Shown here: positions 10,221 through 19,689 of the stretch, piece after piece
Position numbering within the stretch: the first letter of the stretch is position 1
Layout: each line of letters starts with the position of its first letter
DNA from: a virus
Lineage: Duplodnaviria > Caudoviricetes
Reading direction: 5' to 3' (one strand)
Length of the DNA: 64,000 nucleotides
IMG/VR virus record: IMGVR_UViG_3300032330_002145
Span: 8,928-72,927 of that record
Notes under the pieces: generated by a model
Told to the model about the DNA's origin: nothing
Databases searched by the model: none
What the model saw: the letters and a program-made list of their open reading frames with translations, nothing else
Translations under genes and position numbers: made by a program

Positions 10221-10955
10221 ATGAACTTAGAAATAATAAAACCTGGTCAAGTTGGGAAAGGAATTCTTATCGAGTACGATGCGGGATATATCAATCCAAA
10301 AGAGAACGGTAATGATAAAATAATTAAAGAATCTAAAAATTTTTTAGACCACTCAAAACCATTTGAATTTTACGCAGTTTTACAAAAGTATGACACTCCG
10401 AATAGAAACGGTAGACTATACCCTGAAAAAATATTAAAAAGAGAAGCTGACAATTATAAAAAATTGATTGAGAAGGGAACATCCCTATCTGAATTAAATC
10501 ACCCTGAATCGTCATTAATTGACTTAGATAGAGTTTCACACATCATCACTGAAGTATGGTGGGACGGAAAAGTATTAATGGGTAAATTGAAATTGTTAAC
10601 ATCACCAGGATTCCACGAAAGAGGAATCTGTTCAACAAAAGGTGATTTGGCGGCTAACTACTTAAGACAAGGAGTTACTCTTGGTATATCTTCTCGTGGT
10701 GTAGGGTCATTGAAAAAAGTTGGTGAACAGAATGAAGTACAAGATGACTTTGAACTTATTTGTTTTGACCTTGTTTCTTCACCATCAACACCTGGAGCGT
10801 ATTTGTTCTCAGAACCTAATGAAAGATTCAACTTTGAAGAAAACTTAGAAGAAGAAAACAAAATGAGAGCAGAAAGAACAACAGGTATGAGTGGAGATTC
10901 TATTGACAAACAAAAAGAACTGATGAAAAAATTGTCCGCATACCTTGATAGATAA
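10221..10955 (+). CDS. Prohead core protein protease (T4 gp21-like)
   Basis: NRNGRLYP, ELNHP, GISSRGVGSL and FDLVSSPSTPGA motifs. Confidence 0.93.
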   Translation: MNLEIIKPGQVGKGILIEYDAGYINPKENGNDKIIKESKNFLDHSKPFEFYAVLQKYDTPNRNGRLYPEKILKREADNYKKLIEKGTSLSELNHPESSLIDLDRVSHIITEVWWDGKVLMGKLKLLTSPGFHERGICSTKGDLAANYLRQGVTLGISSRGVGSLKKVGEQNEVQDDFELICFDLVSSPSTPGAYLFSEPNERFNFEENLEEENKMRAERTTGMSGDSIDKQKELMKKLSAYLDR

Positions 10956-10987
10956 GTTTTATTTATTATATTTTTAAAAAAAAACTT

Positions 10988-11203
10988 ATGGAAATGGATG
11001 AAAAATATTTCGTAGCAAGAATTACAACTGATATTGTAGATTCAGAATCAGGTAAAGTAAAAAAACAAAAAGAAGAGAAGTTGGTTAGAGGTTACAACCC
11101 AACTGATGTGGAAGCAAAAGTAACCAAAATTTATGAGAGTTATTCACAAGATTGGAGAATAACATGCATTGTTGAAAGTAAAATTGATGAGGTGATAGAA
11201 TAA
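10988..11203 (+). CDS. Small hypothetical protein
   Basis: 71-aa ORF followed by a terminator. Confidence 0.65.
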   Translation: MEMDEKYFVARITTDIVDSESGKVKKQKEEKLVRGYNPTDVEAKVTKIYESYSQDWRITCIVESKIDEVIE

Positions 11204-11227
11204 TACAACAATTTTCAATAATACATC

Positions 11228-11252
11228 AAAGGAGGGTTTTCCCTCCTTTTTT
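11228..11252 (+). terminator. Intrinsic terminator
   Basis: aaaggaggg-tttt-ccctccttt-ttt. Confidence 0.85.
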
Positions 11253-11275
11253 GTTTTACCGAGTATTTATTTGAT

Positions 11276-12226
11276 ATGAAAATTTCAGTTTCAGAAACAC
11301 AATACCAAGTAATATTAGAATATTTCAAGAAAAAAACTGACCCTGTTGCAGAACACATCCGTCAGATGTTACGTGCGATATATAAACCATTATCAAAATA
11401 TGGTAAACTACCAAATCCTGATGGTAACTGTGACACTAACGAAGGTGTTATATATGTGTGGGAACATATTCCTGGTGTAGACCACTGGTCGGTCTTAAAT
11501 CGTTTTGACACCAACACAAAAGTAAGAGATAAAATTAAAGAACTTTTTACATTACAAAATCCCGGAACAGAAATAACAAATAATAATCTGATAGATTTTA
11601 TTACAGATAATAAAGATGATTTGTTTAATGGGAAATATACCGAAGAACTTGTAAATCTTAATAGAGCAACAATTGATAAAGGTAATCAGAATGAATTGTT
11701 TGGAATCAAAATCCTAACTGATTTTTTTGGTTCAGGTACAAACATTATGAGATTTTGTTCAGGTGATGTTAGAGATACAAAAAAAGGTATGGACCTTATG
11801 GTTGAAACAAATGGACAACAAATATTTGTTCAAGTTAAACCTTTCACAAAAGCAACAAGTTTTGTTGATAGAGATGGTGACACTTTCTTTGAAATATCAT
11901 CATACGGTTTTGACCACACAAAATATTCGGAAAAAAATGTTCAGGTATTTCTTTACGTGAACACAGAAACAAATGAATATGTTGCCTTCTCAAACAAGAA
12001 AAGTAGAATCAAAAAAGAACAATCAAACATGACAAGATTCTACGAACCGTTCCTCATGACCAACATTCAATTCGAAGGAAAAACAAAAACAAAACAATAT
12101 AGAAATAAACCATTAGAAGATGATTTATTTAAAATGGGTGAAAGAAGACTTCAAAATTTAGAATTTAGAAAGTCAGAAATTGATAAACTAATTGAATTAG
12201 AAAGACAAAAATTATCAAAAAAATAA
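11276..12226 (+). CDS. Hypothetical protein with a PD-(D/E)xK-like nuclease motif
   Basis: DTKKGMDLMVE...IFVQVKPF (D...QxK); N-terminal leader MKISVSETQYQVILE. Confidence 0.5.
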   Translation: MKISVSETQYQVILEYFKKKTDPVAEHIRQMLRAIYKPLSKYGKLPNPDGNCDTNEGVIYVWEHIPGVDHWSVLNRFDTNTKVRDKIKELFTLQNPGTEITNNNLIDFITDNKDDLFNGKYTEELVNLNRATIDKGNQNELFGIKILTDFFGSGTNIMRFCSGDVRDTKKGMDLMVETNGQQIFVQVKPFTKATSFVDRDGDTFFEISSYGFDHTKYSEKNVQVFLYVNTETNEYVAFSNKKSRIKKEQSNMTRFYEPFLMTNIQFEGKTKTKQYRNKPLEDDLFKMGERRLQNLEFRKSEIDKLIELERQKLSKK

Positions 12227-12277
12227 AAATTATTTTACCTCAATTACGTAAGAATTAATTTTTTTTTAAAATTAACA

Positions 12278-12285
12278 ATATTTAT
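12278..12285 (+). promoter_or_regulatory. Putative late promoter ATATTTAT for scaffold and MCP
   Basis: Recurrent motif upstream of structural genes; here it overlaps TATAAATA (12285-12292). Confidence 0.55.
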
Positions 12286-12308
12286 ATAAATAAAAATAAC
12301 AACTAAAA

Positions 12309-13817
12309 ATGGCAAAAGAAAAATCTTTAGTAGAAGAAGCTATCCTTTCGATGAAAAATCTTGAGGAAGCGGTTGCTAACAACGCAAAAGAAATACTTGC
12401 TTCAACCATGAAGGAAGAAATTAAAGAATTAGTAAAAGAATCTCTATCTGAACAAGAAGAAGAAGAGATTGACACAGATGTTGATATGTCTGGCGATGAA
12501 GATGAAATGTCTATGGATATGGACATGGAAGATTCTGAAGAAGATATGGATACAGATAACGAAGTTGAAGACATGGCGTCTCCAATTGACTTAAGAGGAA
12601 AATCTAACGACGAAATCATTCGTGTATTTCAGTTAATGGGTCCTGATGATAACATCATTGTTACAAAAGACGATGCTGGTAATATCAACCTAAAAACTAA
12701 TGAAGACGAATATATGATTGTTGGAGAATCTGAAGAAGATGAATGGAACAAAGAAGAAGATATGATGGAAACTTGGGATATGGATGAAGAAGAAATGGAC
12801 ATGGACTCAGAAGAGAATATGGATATGGATGATTCTGACGATTCTATTGAAGATATCATCAATTCTGTTTTCAACGATGAAGAACCATCTGAAGAAGAAG
12901 ATGATTATTTAGGTATCCCTGATGATATGCCGTCATACAAAACTAAATGGAGTATGCCATCTGAACCTAAAGATGAAAAAAATGGTGAAATGTTCTATGA
13001 AATTGAAATGGACGAAGAAGATATGGAAGAGGGTGACGAAGTTATGTATGAAATCACTTTAGGTGACGATTCTGAACAATTTGAAGAAGAAGACCCTTAT
13101 ATGATGGAATCTAAAAAGGCTAAAACCCCTAAGACAGGTAAAGCGTCAAGTTTCAAATATAGTACAAAACCAAATATGGACGGTGGATTCGAAGTACCAA
13201 AAAGAAAGAAAGCAAACACAACTATGGGTACAGGTTCAGCTAAAAAAGTTGACGTATACAAAGATGATGAGACTCTTGATGGTAAGATGAAAATCGTTAA
13301 AGGTAAAAAAGCGGAAACAAAAGAAGCGTCACGTAGTTATGGTAACGGTTCTAAATCAGGTCGTGGTTTAAGAAAAGGAATCACTCCTAACAGAAATTTA
13401 GAATTCCCAATCAAAGAAAGCGTGTACGGTGAAGAAGTACAAGTACTTAGAGAGAAAAATGAAGAGTACAGAAAAGCACTTAACGTATTCAGAAACAAAC
13501 TAAACGAAGTAGCTGTGTTTAATTCAAACCTAGCTTACGCAACTCGTTTGTTTACTGAACACTCAACATCTAAACAAGAAAAAATTAACATCTTGAAAAG
13601 ATTTGACGGTGTAGAGTCTCTTAAAGAATCTAAAAACTTGTACAAGACAATCAAAGATGAACTTTCAGTTAAAACAAGTCAACCAATGAACGAATCAATT
13701 GAACGTAAAATTGAAAACGTTCAAAACACAGGTTCAGCAGTTAACTTGATTGAGTCTAAAACTTACGAGAATCCTCAATTTATGAGAATGAAAGATTTGA
13801 TGTCAAAATTAAAATAA
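12309..13817 (+). CDS. Prohead core/scaffolding protein (gp22-like)
   Basis: Very acidic and coiled-coil; C-terminal LNEVAVFNSNLAY...KRFD; located between protease and MCP. Confidence 0.8.
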   Translation: MAKEKSLVEEAILSMKNLEEAVANNAKEILASTMKEEIKELVKESLSEQEEEEIDTDVDMSGDEDEMSMDMDMEDSEEDMDTDNEVEDMASPIDLRGKSNDEIIRVFQLMGPDDNIIVTKDDAGNINLKTNEDEYMIVGESEEDEWNKEEDMMETWDMDEEEMDMDSEENMDMDDSDDSIEDIINSVFNDEEPSEEEDDYLGIPDDMPSYKTKWSMPSEPKDEKNGEMFYEIEMDEEDMEEGDEVMYEITLGDDSEQFEEEDPYMMESKKAKTPKTGKASSFKYSTKPNMDGGFEVPKRKKANTTMGTGSAKKVDVYKDDETLDGKMKIVKGKKAETKEASRSYGNGSKSGRGLRKGITPNRNLEFPIKESVYGEEVQVLREKNEEYRKALNVFRNKLNEVAVFNSNLAYATRLFTEHSTSKQEKINILKRFDGVESLKESKNLYKTIKDELSVKTSQPMNESIERKIENVQNTGSAVNLIESKTYENPQFMRMKDLMSKLK

Positions 13818-13851
13818 AAAATAAACTAAAAAATAAAACAACCAAAAAAAA

Positions 13852-15696
13852 ATGGGAGCATTATTAGAATCAGGTCTTGTTGGTAACATCGGGTTAAAAC
13901 ACCTTAAAGTTATCAAAGAAGATACTATCAGCAAATGGGACAAATTAGGGTTCCTTGAAGGTCTTAAAGGCCACCTAAAAGAAAATGTTGCACAATTGTA
14001 TGAAAACCAAGCGTCACATTTGATTAACGAAGCTACGTCTGACGGGTCTTCAGGTTCTTTCGAAACTGTTGTATTCCCAATCGTTAGACGTGTATTCTCT
14101 AAATTGTTAGCAAACGAAATCGTTTCTGTACAAGCTATGAACTTACCAATCGGTAAATTGTTCTACTTCGTACCTAAGATTCAAGGATATTCAGGAGCTA
14201 CTTATAACTCTTCAACTTTCCAAGGTGGTTCAGGTGAGCACTACGCTCCAATCGGTTCTCCAGGAAACTACAAGAGTGACCCACAAGCAGGTTACACAGG
14301 TGCTGGAGCATACGCTAAAAACCTTTACGATTTATTCTACGAAGGAAACGAAGCAGCTCTTGACCCTCCTGGATTGTTTGACTACTCTAAAGGTCGTTGG
14401 GAAGCTATCACAGCTCAAACTACTGTTGTTAAATGGGTTAACGGTTTGTTATTACCCGCAGCTGCAAGTGATGACGCTGATTACATCGGTAACAAGAGAA
14501 AAGTATTGTTGAGAATGTGTGGTTTTGCTAACACAGGTGTTGGTAAAATGATTGGTCCTGACGGTAACGAGTATGACACAGAATCTTTCTTGTCTGACCT
14601 TATCGTTTACGCACAATCAGGATTGAAAGTTTCTGCAACATCTCCATGTTCAGTTTCTTCTGGTCCTCTATTGTTCAGAGTTGTAACTCAAAAATATGGT
14701 CAAGGAATTGTTACTCCTAACTACAACCAATCTCAAGCAGCTTTCGCTGGTTCAGGTAACGGTGGTTATTATAACAACGTTTGTGACGTGAATGGTTGTA
14801 TCTATCTTGAAGTAGACCTTTCTTGTCCAGCTTGTCCTACTTGTGGAGCTGACACTATCGACGGTTACACAGGAACTACTATCACTGGTATCACTTCAGG
14901 TACTTCTTTCGGAGCAGCGTTCAGACGTTACGAAGAATTAGAATTCGAAGACAAAATTGGTGAAGTTTCTTTCGACCTTCAATCTGTAACTGTTACTGTT
15001 ACTGAAAGAAAGTTAAGAGCACAATGGTCTCCTGAATTAGCTCAAGACGTTGCGGCATTCCACAACATCGACGCTGAAGCTGAATTAACAGCATTATTGT
15101 CTGAACAAGTTGCAGCTGAAATTGACCGTGAAATCCTTCGTGATTTACGTAAAGGTGCGGCTTGGAACTTACGTTGGGACTACAACGGATGGAGAAGACT
15201 GTCAAACACAACTTCTTACACTCAGAAAGACTGGAACCAAACTTTGATTACAGCAATCAACCAATTATCTGCACAAATCCACAAGTCAACTCTTCGTGGT
15301 GGAGCTAACTGGATTGTTGTTTCTTCTGAAGTTTCAGCTATCTTTGATGACTTAGAATACTTCCACGTATCTAACGCATCTCCTGAGCAAGACCAATATA
15401 ACATGGGTATTGAAAGAGTAGGTACTTTAGCTGGTCGTTACCAAGTTTATCGTGACCCATACTTCCCACCAAACACTGTATTGGTTGGTCATAAAGGTAC
15501 ATCGTTACTTGACACTGGTTACATCTACGCACCGTATGTACCACTTCAATTAACTCCAACTATGTACAATCCGTTCAACTTCACACCTATCAAAGGTATC
15601 ATGACACGTTACGCGAAGAAGATGGTGAACAATCGCTTCTACGGACGTATCACTGTTGATGGTGTTCGTACATTCGATTTAAGAGAGTTGAGATAA
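13852..15696 (+). CDS. Major capsid protein (T4 gp23-like) with a Cys-containing insertion
   Basis: VQAMNLPIGKLFY, RKLRAQWSPELAQDVAAFHNIDAEAEL, YIYAPYVPL and GIMTRY motifs; LINE/A cleavage-like site. Confidence 0.95.
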   Translation: MGALLESGLVGNIGLKHLKVIKEDTISKWDKLGFLEGLKGHLKENVAQLYENQASHLINEATSDGSSGSFETVVFPIVRRVFSKLLANEIVSVQAMNLPIGKLFYFVPKIQGYSGATYNSSTFQGGSGEHYAPIGSPGNYKSDPQAGYTGAGAYAKNLYDLFYEGNEAALDPPGLFDYSKGRWEAITAQTTVVKWVNGLLLPAAASDDADYIGNKRKVLLRMCGFANTGVGKMIGPDGNEYDTESFLSDLIVYAQSGLKVSATSPCSVSSGPLLFRVVTQKYGQGIVTPNYNQSQAAFAGSGNGGYYNNVCDVNGCIYLEVDLSCPACPTCGADTIDGYTGTTITGITSGTSFGAAFRRYEELEFEDKIGEVSFDLQSVTVTVTERKLRAQWSPELAQDVAAFHNIDAEAELTALLSEQVAAEIDREILRDLRKGAAWNLRWDYNGWRRLSNTTSYTQKDWNQTLITAINQLSAQIHKSTLRGGANWIVVSSEVSAIFDDLEYFHVSNASPEQDQYNMGIERVGTLAGRYQVYRDPYFPPNTVLVGHKGTSLLDTGYIYAPYVPLQLTPTMYNPFNFTPIKGIMTRYAKKMVNNRFYGRITVDGVRTFDLRELR

Positions 15697-15717
15697 TCTA
15701 AATCTTAGATAATACAT

Positions 15718-15748
15718 AAAAAAGGTCAGAGAAATCTGACCTTTTTTT
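15718..15748. terminator. Bidirectional intrinsic terminator after MCP
   Basis: aaaaaaggtcaga-gaaa-tctgacctttttt. Confidence 0.9.
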
Positions 15749-15759
15749 ATTTTAATTAT

Positions 15760-15767
15760 TATATTTG
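15760..15767 (+). promoter_or_regulatory. TAnnTTTG (-7) element before the HNH gene
   Basis: TATATTTG 6 nt before ATG 15774. Confidence 0.45.
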
Positions 15768-15773
15768 TATATT

Positions 15774-16454
15774 ATGAAGAAGTATATTCCAACTGATGAA
15801 GAACTATCTAATATATTAAGAATGTATAATGAGGAACTATTAGGTTCTCATACTATTTCATTAAAAACTGGTTTAAGTAAACCAACTATTTTAAGAATAC
15901 TGAAAGAGAATAATGTGGTTATGTCCCAATCAGGGAGAAGATTTACAGGGGGTAAAAAGGTTGCTGATAAAAAATGGAGAGATAGTAATAAAGATTATCT
16001 GTCTGACAAACATAAAACTTGGTCAGAAAAAAATCGTGAACATTTAAATACCTACCACAAGGAATGGAGGGAAAAAAACATAGACAAACATAGGGAGAAT
16101 AAAAGAAACTACGAAAGAACTCGTAAGGATAATGACCCCATCTATAAGTTAATTTCAAATTTCAGGACTGCGATATATCAGGTGTTGAAGGAGAATAATG
16201 TGGATAAGAACGGTCATTACTTTGAGGTTCTTAAGTACACACCTGAGGAATTAATCAATCATTTGGAGAAACAATTTACTGATGGTATGACGTGGGATAA
16301 CTATGGTCAATGGCATGTTGACCATGTGATACCTATTTCTGTTCATGATATACATGAGATTGGTGATGATGAGTTTATGAGATGTTGGTCATTGAGTAAT
16401 TTACAACCTATGTGGGGTGATGAAAATATTCGTAAATCAAACAAAATTTTGTGA
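15774..16454 (+). CDS. Free-standing HNH homing endonuclease with N-terminal HTH
   Basis: WHVDHVIP...NLQPMW...NIRKSNK; GLSKPTILRIL HTH; start likely ATG 15774. Confidence 0.8.
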   Translation: MKKYIPTDEELSNILRMYNEELLGSHTISLKTGLSKPTILRILKENNVVMSQSGRRFTGGKKVADKKWRDSNKDYLSDKHKTWSEKNREHLNTYHKEWREKNIDKHRENKRNYERTRKDNDPIYKLISNFRTAIYQVLKENNVDKNGHYFEVLKYTPEELINHLEKQFTDGMTWDNYGQWHVDHVIPISVHDIHEIGDDEFMRCWSLSNLQPMWGDENIRKSNKIL

Positions 16455-16474
16455 TATTTATATGGATATAGATA

Positions 16475-16903
16475 TTGCTTGTGAAAAGATTAATTGTTAC
16501 TGAATCGGAAAAGAAAACTATTAAATCATTATATCTTAATGAGGAGGATACACCTGAAGAAAAATTAGGTAGAGCACAAGCTTGTGGTCATCAGTCGTGG
16601 GATGAGTATGTTAGTAAAAGTTTTTCTTGTGATACATCTAAGTTTGACCCGGCTAAGGGTGGATGGACATTCGTAGATAATAAGTTAGTTTATTTGCAAC
16701 CTGAAGTAAAAGTTGATTCAAATAAAACTTCTGTAACACCTTCAACTACTACAAAGGGTTCGTTTTCTTATACTAAAGAGGGTGAGGAGCTTCAGGATAT
16801 TTTGATTAATACGTATAAGAAGAATATCAAGAAGGACGGTATGGTTGGTCCTGAAACTATAAATGCTTTATTGCAGATATTTGACCAATATAGAAAAAAA
16901 TGA
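16475..16903 (+). CDS. Hypothetical protein with a C-terminal peptidoglycan-binding-like motif
   Basis: ELQDIL...KDGMVGPETINAL; leader LIVTESEKKTI..LYLNE. Confidence 0.55.
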   Translation: MLVKRLIVTESEKKTIKSLYLNEEDTPEEKLGRAQACGHQSWDEYVSKSFSCDTSKFDPAKGGWTFVDNKLVYLQPEVKVDSNKTSVTPSTTTKGSFSYTKEGEELQDILINTYKKNIKKDGMVGPETINALLQIFDQYRKK

Positions 16904-17376
16904 AAGATAAATCACATTTAGAAAACGTATCTGACAGGATTATTATTTTAATCTGTAAAGAAATTCTTAAGAAGACTGAAGAACATGATTTAGATGATAG
17001 AAAATTTATTAGGGTGTGTGATGAAGTTTCTGTTAAGTTATTTGGTGATACTATGAAACACATTGACATTGATTACATGTCAAAAATTTTGGAAATAAAT
17101 CCTGATATTTTGAGTAATGATAAGGATGTAAAACTTTTAAGACCTGAGTTTAATCTTTTTAAATTTGACTATATTGAGAAACGAACAGAATGGAGGTTGA
17201 ATACGTATACTCATGAGATGGGTACTTATCATGACGATATTGAACCTGTTGTTGATTTCATGTCAAGGGAGGGTGAATTTGACTATTGGGATTCAATAAG
17301 TAGGGATACTGATATTTTAGATGATGATGTTGATGATACGTATATTAATCGAAAAAGTATTGTAAAAATTAATTAA
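16900..17376 (+). CDS. Hypothetical protein
   Basis: 158-aa ORF with ATGA overlap. Confidence 0.55.
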   Translation: MKDKSHLENVSDRIIILICKEILKKTEEHDLDDRKFIRVCDEVSVKLFGDTMKHIDIDYMSKILEINPDILSNDKDVKLLRPEFNLFKFDYIEKRTEWRLNTYTHEMGTYHDDIEPVVDFMSREGEFDYWDSISRDTDILDDDVDDTYINRKSIVKIN

Positions 17377-17433
17377 TATATTTAAAAACATTTAATTTTT
17401 ACCATATTTATCAATGATAAATCCCTCTTCTTT

Positions 17434-17604
17434 ATGGTAAAAAAAGTTAAATTTCGCTTCTCTAATGATAAAAATGTTTATGATTTGAACATGTCTGTTC
17501 CTGATTTTAAAAAGATTGATGAAAATGTTTCTGAGGTTCACGGTGAATATAGGGGGACTTACATTATTTTAAGTAAAAATGAGTATGAAAAAATTCTTAA
17601 TTAA
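17434..17604 (+). CDS. 56-aa ORF absent from the ORF track (MVKKVKFRFSNDKNV...KILN)
   Basis: Translated by hand; flanked by ATATTTAT (17404-17411) and a terminator. Confidence 0.55.
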   Translation: MVKKVKFRFSNDKNVYDLNMSVPDFKKIDENVSEVHGEYRGTYIILSKNEYEKILN

Positions 17605-17611
17605 ATAAATT

Positions 17612-17638
17612 TTGGGGTTAATGACCTCAATTTTTTTT
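17612..17638 (+). terminator. Intrinsic terminator
   Basis: ttggggtta-a-tgacctcaa stem with G-U pairs, followed by T8. Confidence 0.65.
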
Positions 17639-17672
17639 GATATGGGAGATATTTATTTAAAAACATAATTAA

Positions 17673-18518
17673 ATGGAAAATGTTAATGATTTATTAAAAC
17701 GTCAACTTTTGTTGATGAAATTTGATTCGGGTGTTACCCTTAAAGAAAACTATGAAAAGGTTTCAGGAAAAAATATTTTGACTGAGGGAGCTTTGGCCGA
17801 TAAAGTTAAAAATATTGTGTCGGGTTGTTATACTAGAGACAATAATTTAGATAGAAAAAACGTCGACTCAAATATGCATAGAATAGTTGCTGACCTGTAT
17901 AATGACGCAATTGAATATGAAATTGCTTATGTTCCGTCAACAGATTGTGATAAAATTAAACAGGCAAATGCGTATATAAGAGAACAATTTACATATGCTG
18001 ATTTATGTCAGATGATATTTACATATGATTCAGTACATCCAGGTGATGGTTTTTATGAAGATATTGATAATGACACTCAAATGGATGATGAAGAGTGTGG
18101 ATGGGGTGGAATTGCTAAAGCGTTTCAAGCGGCGGTAGATAAATCAGATAAAATATCAAAAGAAGCGACGGCTCCTGCACCCGCACCTGCTCCGGCACCT
18201 GTTGTAACAACTCCTGAAGAAGCTCCTAATGTTGATTCAGGTGATAAGTATATGATTCCTGGTGGTTTGGCTCACACTCTTGAGTTTTTCAAAGAAACTT
18301 TCCCTTGTGTTTTTGCACAAAATAGAGTTAATACTAGACAAGTTTATAACAATGGAAAATATGATTATATTTTACTTAACGCTCCGGATGGTGTGGTTAT
18401 TCAAATGTATTTCGATGGATATTTAAGAGAACAAAAAACATTGGCCGATGTGACAAATAATGGTACTCCAGCTAAAATTGTTTGTAACGGAAATAAAATA
18501 ACAATATCTAATAGATAA
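17673..18518 (+). CDS. Hypothetical head-associated protein with PA linker
   Basis: 281 aa; leader DLLKRQLLLMKF...LKE...LTE; ATATTTAT at 17649-17656. Confidence 0.55.
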   Translation: MENVNDLLKRQLLLMKFDSGVTLKENYEKVSGKNILTEGALADKVKNIVSGCYTRDNNLDRKNVDSNMHRIVADLYNDAIEYEIAYVPSTDCDKIKQANAYIREQFTYADLCQMIFTYDSVHPGDGFYEDIDNDTQMDDEECGWGGIAKAFQAAVDKSDKISKEATAPAPAPAPAPVVTTPEEAPNVDSGDKYMIPGGLAHTLEFFKETFPCVFAQNRVNTRQVYNNGKYDYILLNAPDGVVIQMYFDGYLREQKTLADVTNNGTPAKIVCNGNKITISNR

Positions 18519-18519
18519 T

Positions 18520-18891
18520 ATGAAAAATAGATTACATGAATATGATTTAAGTGGAGGAGAATGGAATTCCGGAGATGGTAATAATGGAAATAATGGTGGT
18601 AATGATTGGAACACCGGAGATGGTAATAATGGGGGAGACAAACCTCAAAACCCAAAACCAAAACCAAGACGAAAAGGAAGTAATAATACTGTTTGTATAA
18701 ATAAAGTACAAAATTTATTAAAAGAGTTAAACCCGTCATTTAATGTGAGTGGGTCAATGGACGCAAATACTTTAATTGAAATAATGAATCAACTTAATGA
18801 GTTGGAAAAATCTTTAACAGTTACAAAAGACGAAGTTGCGGTAATTGAAAAACCTAAATTTTTACCATCTATTGATATTACTGAACTTTAA
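18520..18891 (+). CDS. Hypothetical protein with a WNxGDGNNG repeat and a possible PG-binding-like helix pair
   Basis: EWNSGDGNNG and DWNTGDGNNG repeats; KVQNLL...VSGSMDANT. Confidence 0.5.
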   Translation: MKNRLHEYDLSGGEWNSGDGNNGNNGGNDWNTGDGNNGGDKPQNPKPKPRRKGSNNTVCINKVQNLLKELNPSFNVSGSMDANTLIEIMNQLNELEKSLTVTKDEVAVIEKPKFLPSIDITEL

Positions 18892-18903
18892 AAATTTAAA
18901 AAA

Positions 18904-19689
18904 ATGGGATATAACTTTATATTATCGGAAAGTGAAAAAAGAGAAATTCTTAACAAACATAATTCATATAAGAATTTTTTGAATGAACAAGTGGTAACTC
19001 CAAGTATTATGGATATACAACTTAAACTCATAAAACTTGGATTTGCTGAATTATTAGGTCCGACTAAGGCTGATGGTAAATTTGGTAAGTATACTTGTGG
19101 AGCTATTTTAAGTGCATTAACATCGTTAAAACAAAAACGAGGTGTTGTTACAGGTGGTAATACAAATAATAATATGGAAAATATGCCAACAATTATTAGA
19201 GATTGTATTTCACCTACGGATACGTCTGTATCTCTTGATACTTTTGGTACTAGTTTCATATTAAAAACCAATGGTACTGTTTCACCTGAAAATAGACAAC
19301 TTTTATTTTTACCTGGTCAAACTCAGTTAAAAAATGGTCAAAGGACACTACTTTCACCATTTTGTAAGATTGATATTGTTGACACAGATTGTACATCAAA
19401 GATGAGACAAGAAGACCCTTCAAATGTTGGGGGAGGTACTTCTGTAAGTTTGGAAGGTAATATTAAATTAATTAATCTCGGAGAGATAAAATCAACAATT
19501 AAAACTGGACATTCAATAAATATTGAAGTAGGTGGGTCAGTTTTTTGTACCGCAACAATGAAAAAGTCGGGTAATATGGAAAATATGCCAAAAATAAAAT
19601 CAGGAAATGATGGAACCCCTAAAGAAGGTGACGGTAGAATCCCTGGAAAAATTTATCCGATGGGTAACGATGGTCTTGATGTTTCTTAA
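18904..19689 (+). CDS. Hypothetical protein with a peptidoglycan-binding-like motif
   Basis: DIQLKLIKLGF...ADGKFGKYT; leader ILSESEKREIL...FLNE. Confidence 0.55.
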   Translation: MGYNFILSESEKREILNKHNSYKNFLNEQVVTPSIMDIQLKLIKLGFAELLGPTKADGKFGKYTCGAILSALTSLKQKRGVVTGGNTNNNMENMPTIIRDCISPTDTSVSLDTFGTSFILKTNGTVSPENRQLLFLPGQTQLKNGQRTLLSPFCKIDIVDTDCTSKMRQEDPSNVGGGTSVSLEGNIKLINLGEIKSTIKTGHSINIEVGGSVFCTATMKKSGNMENMPKIKSGNDGTPKEGDGRIPGKIYPMGNDGLDVS

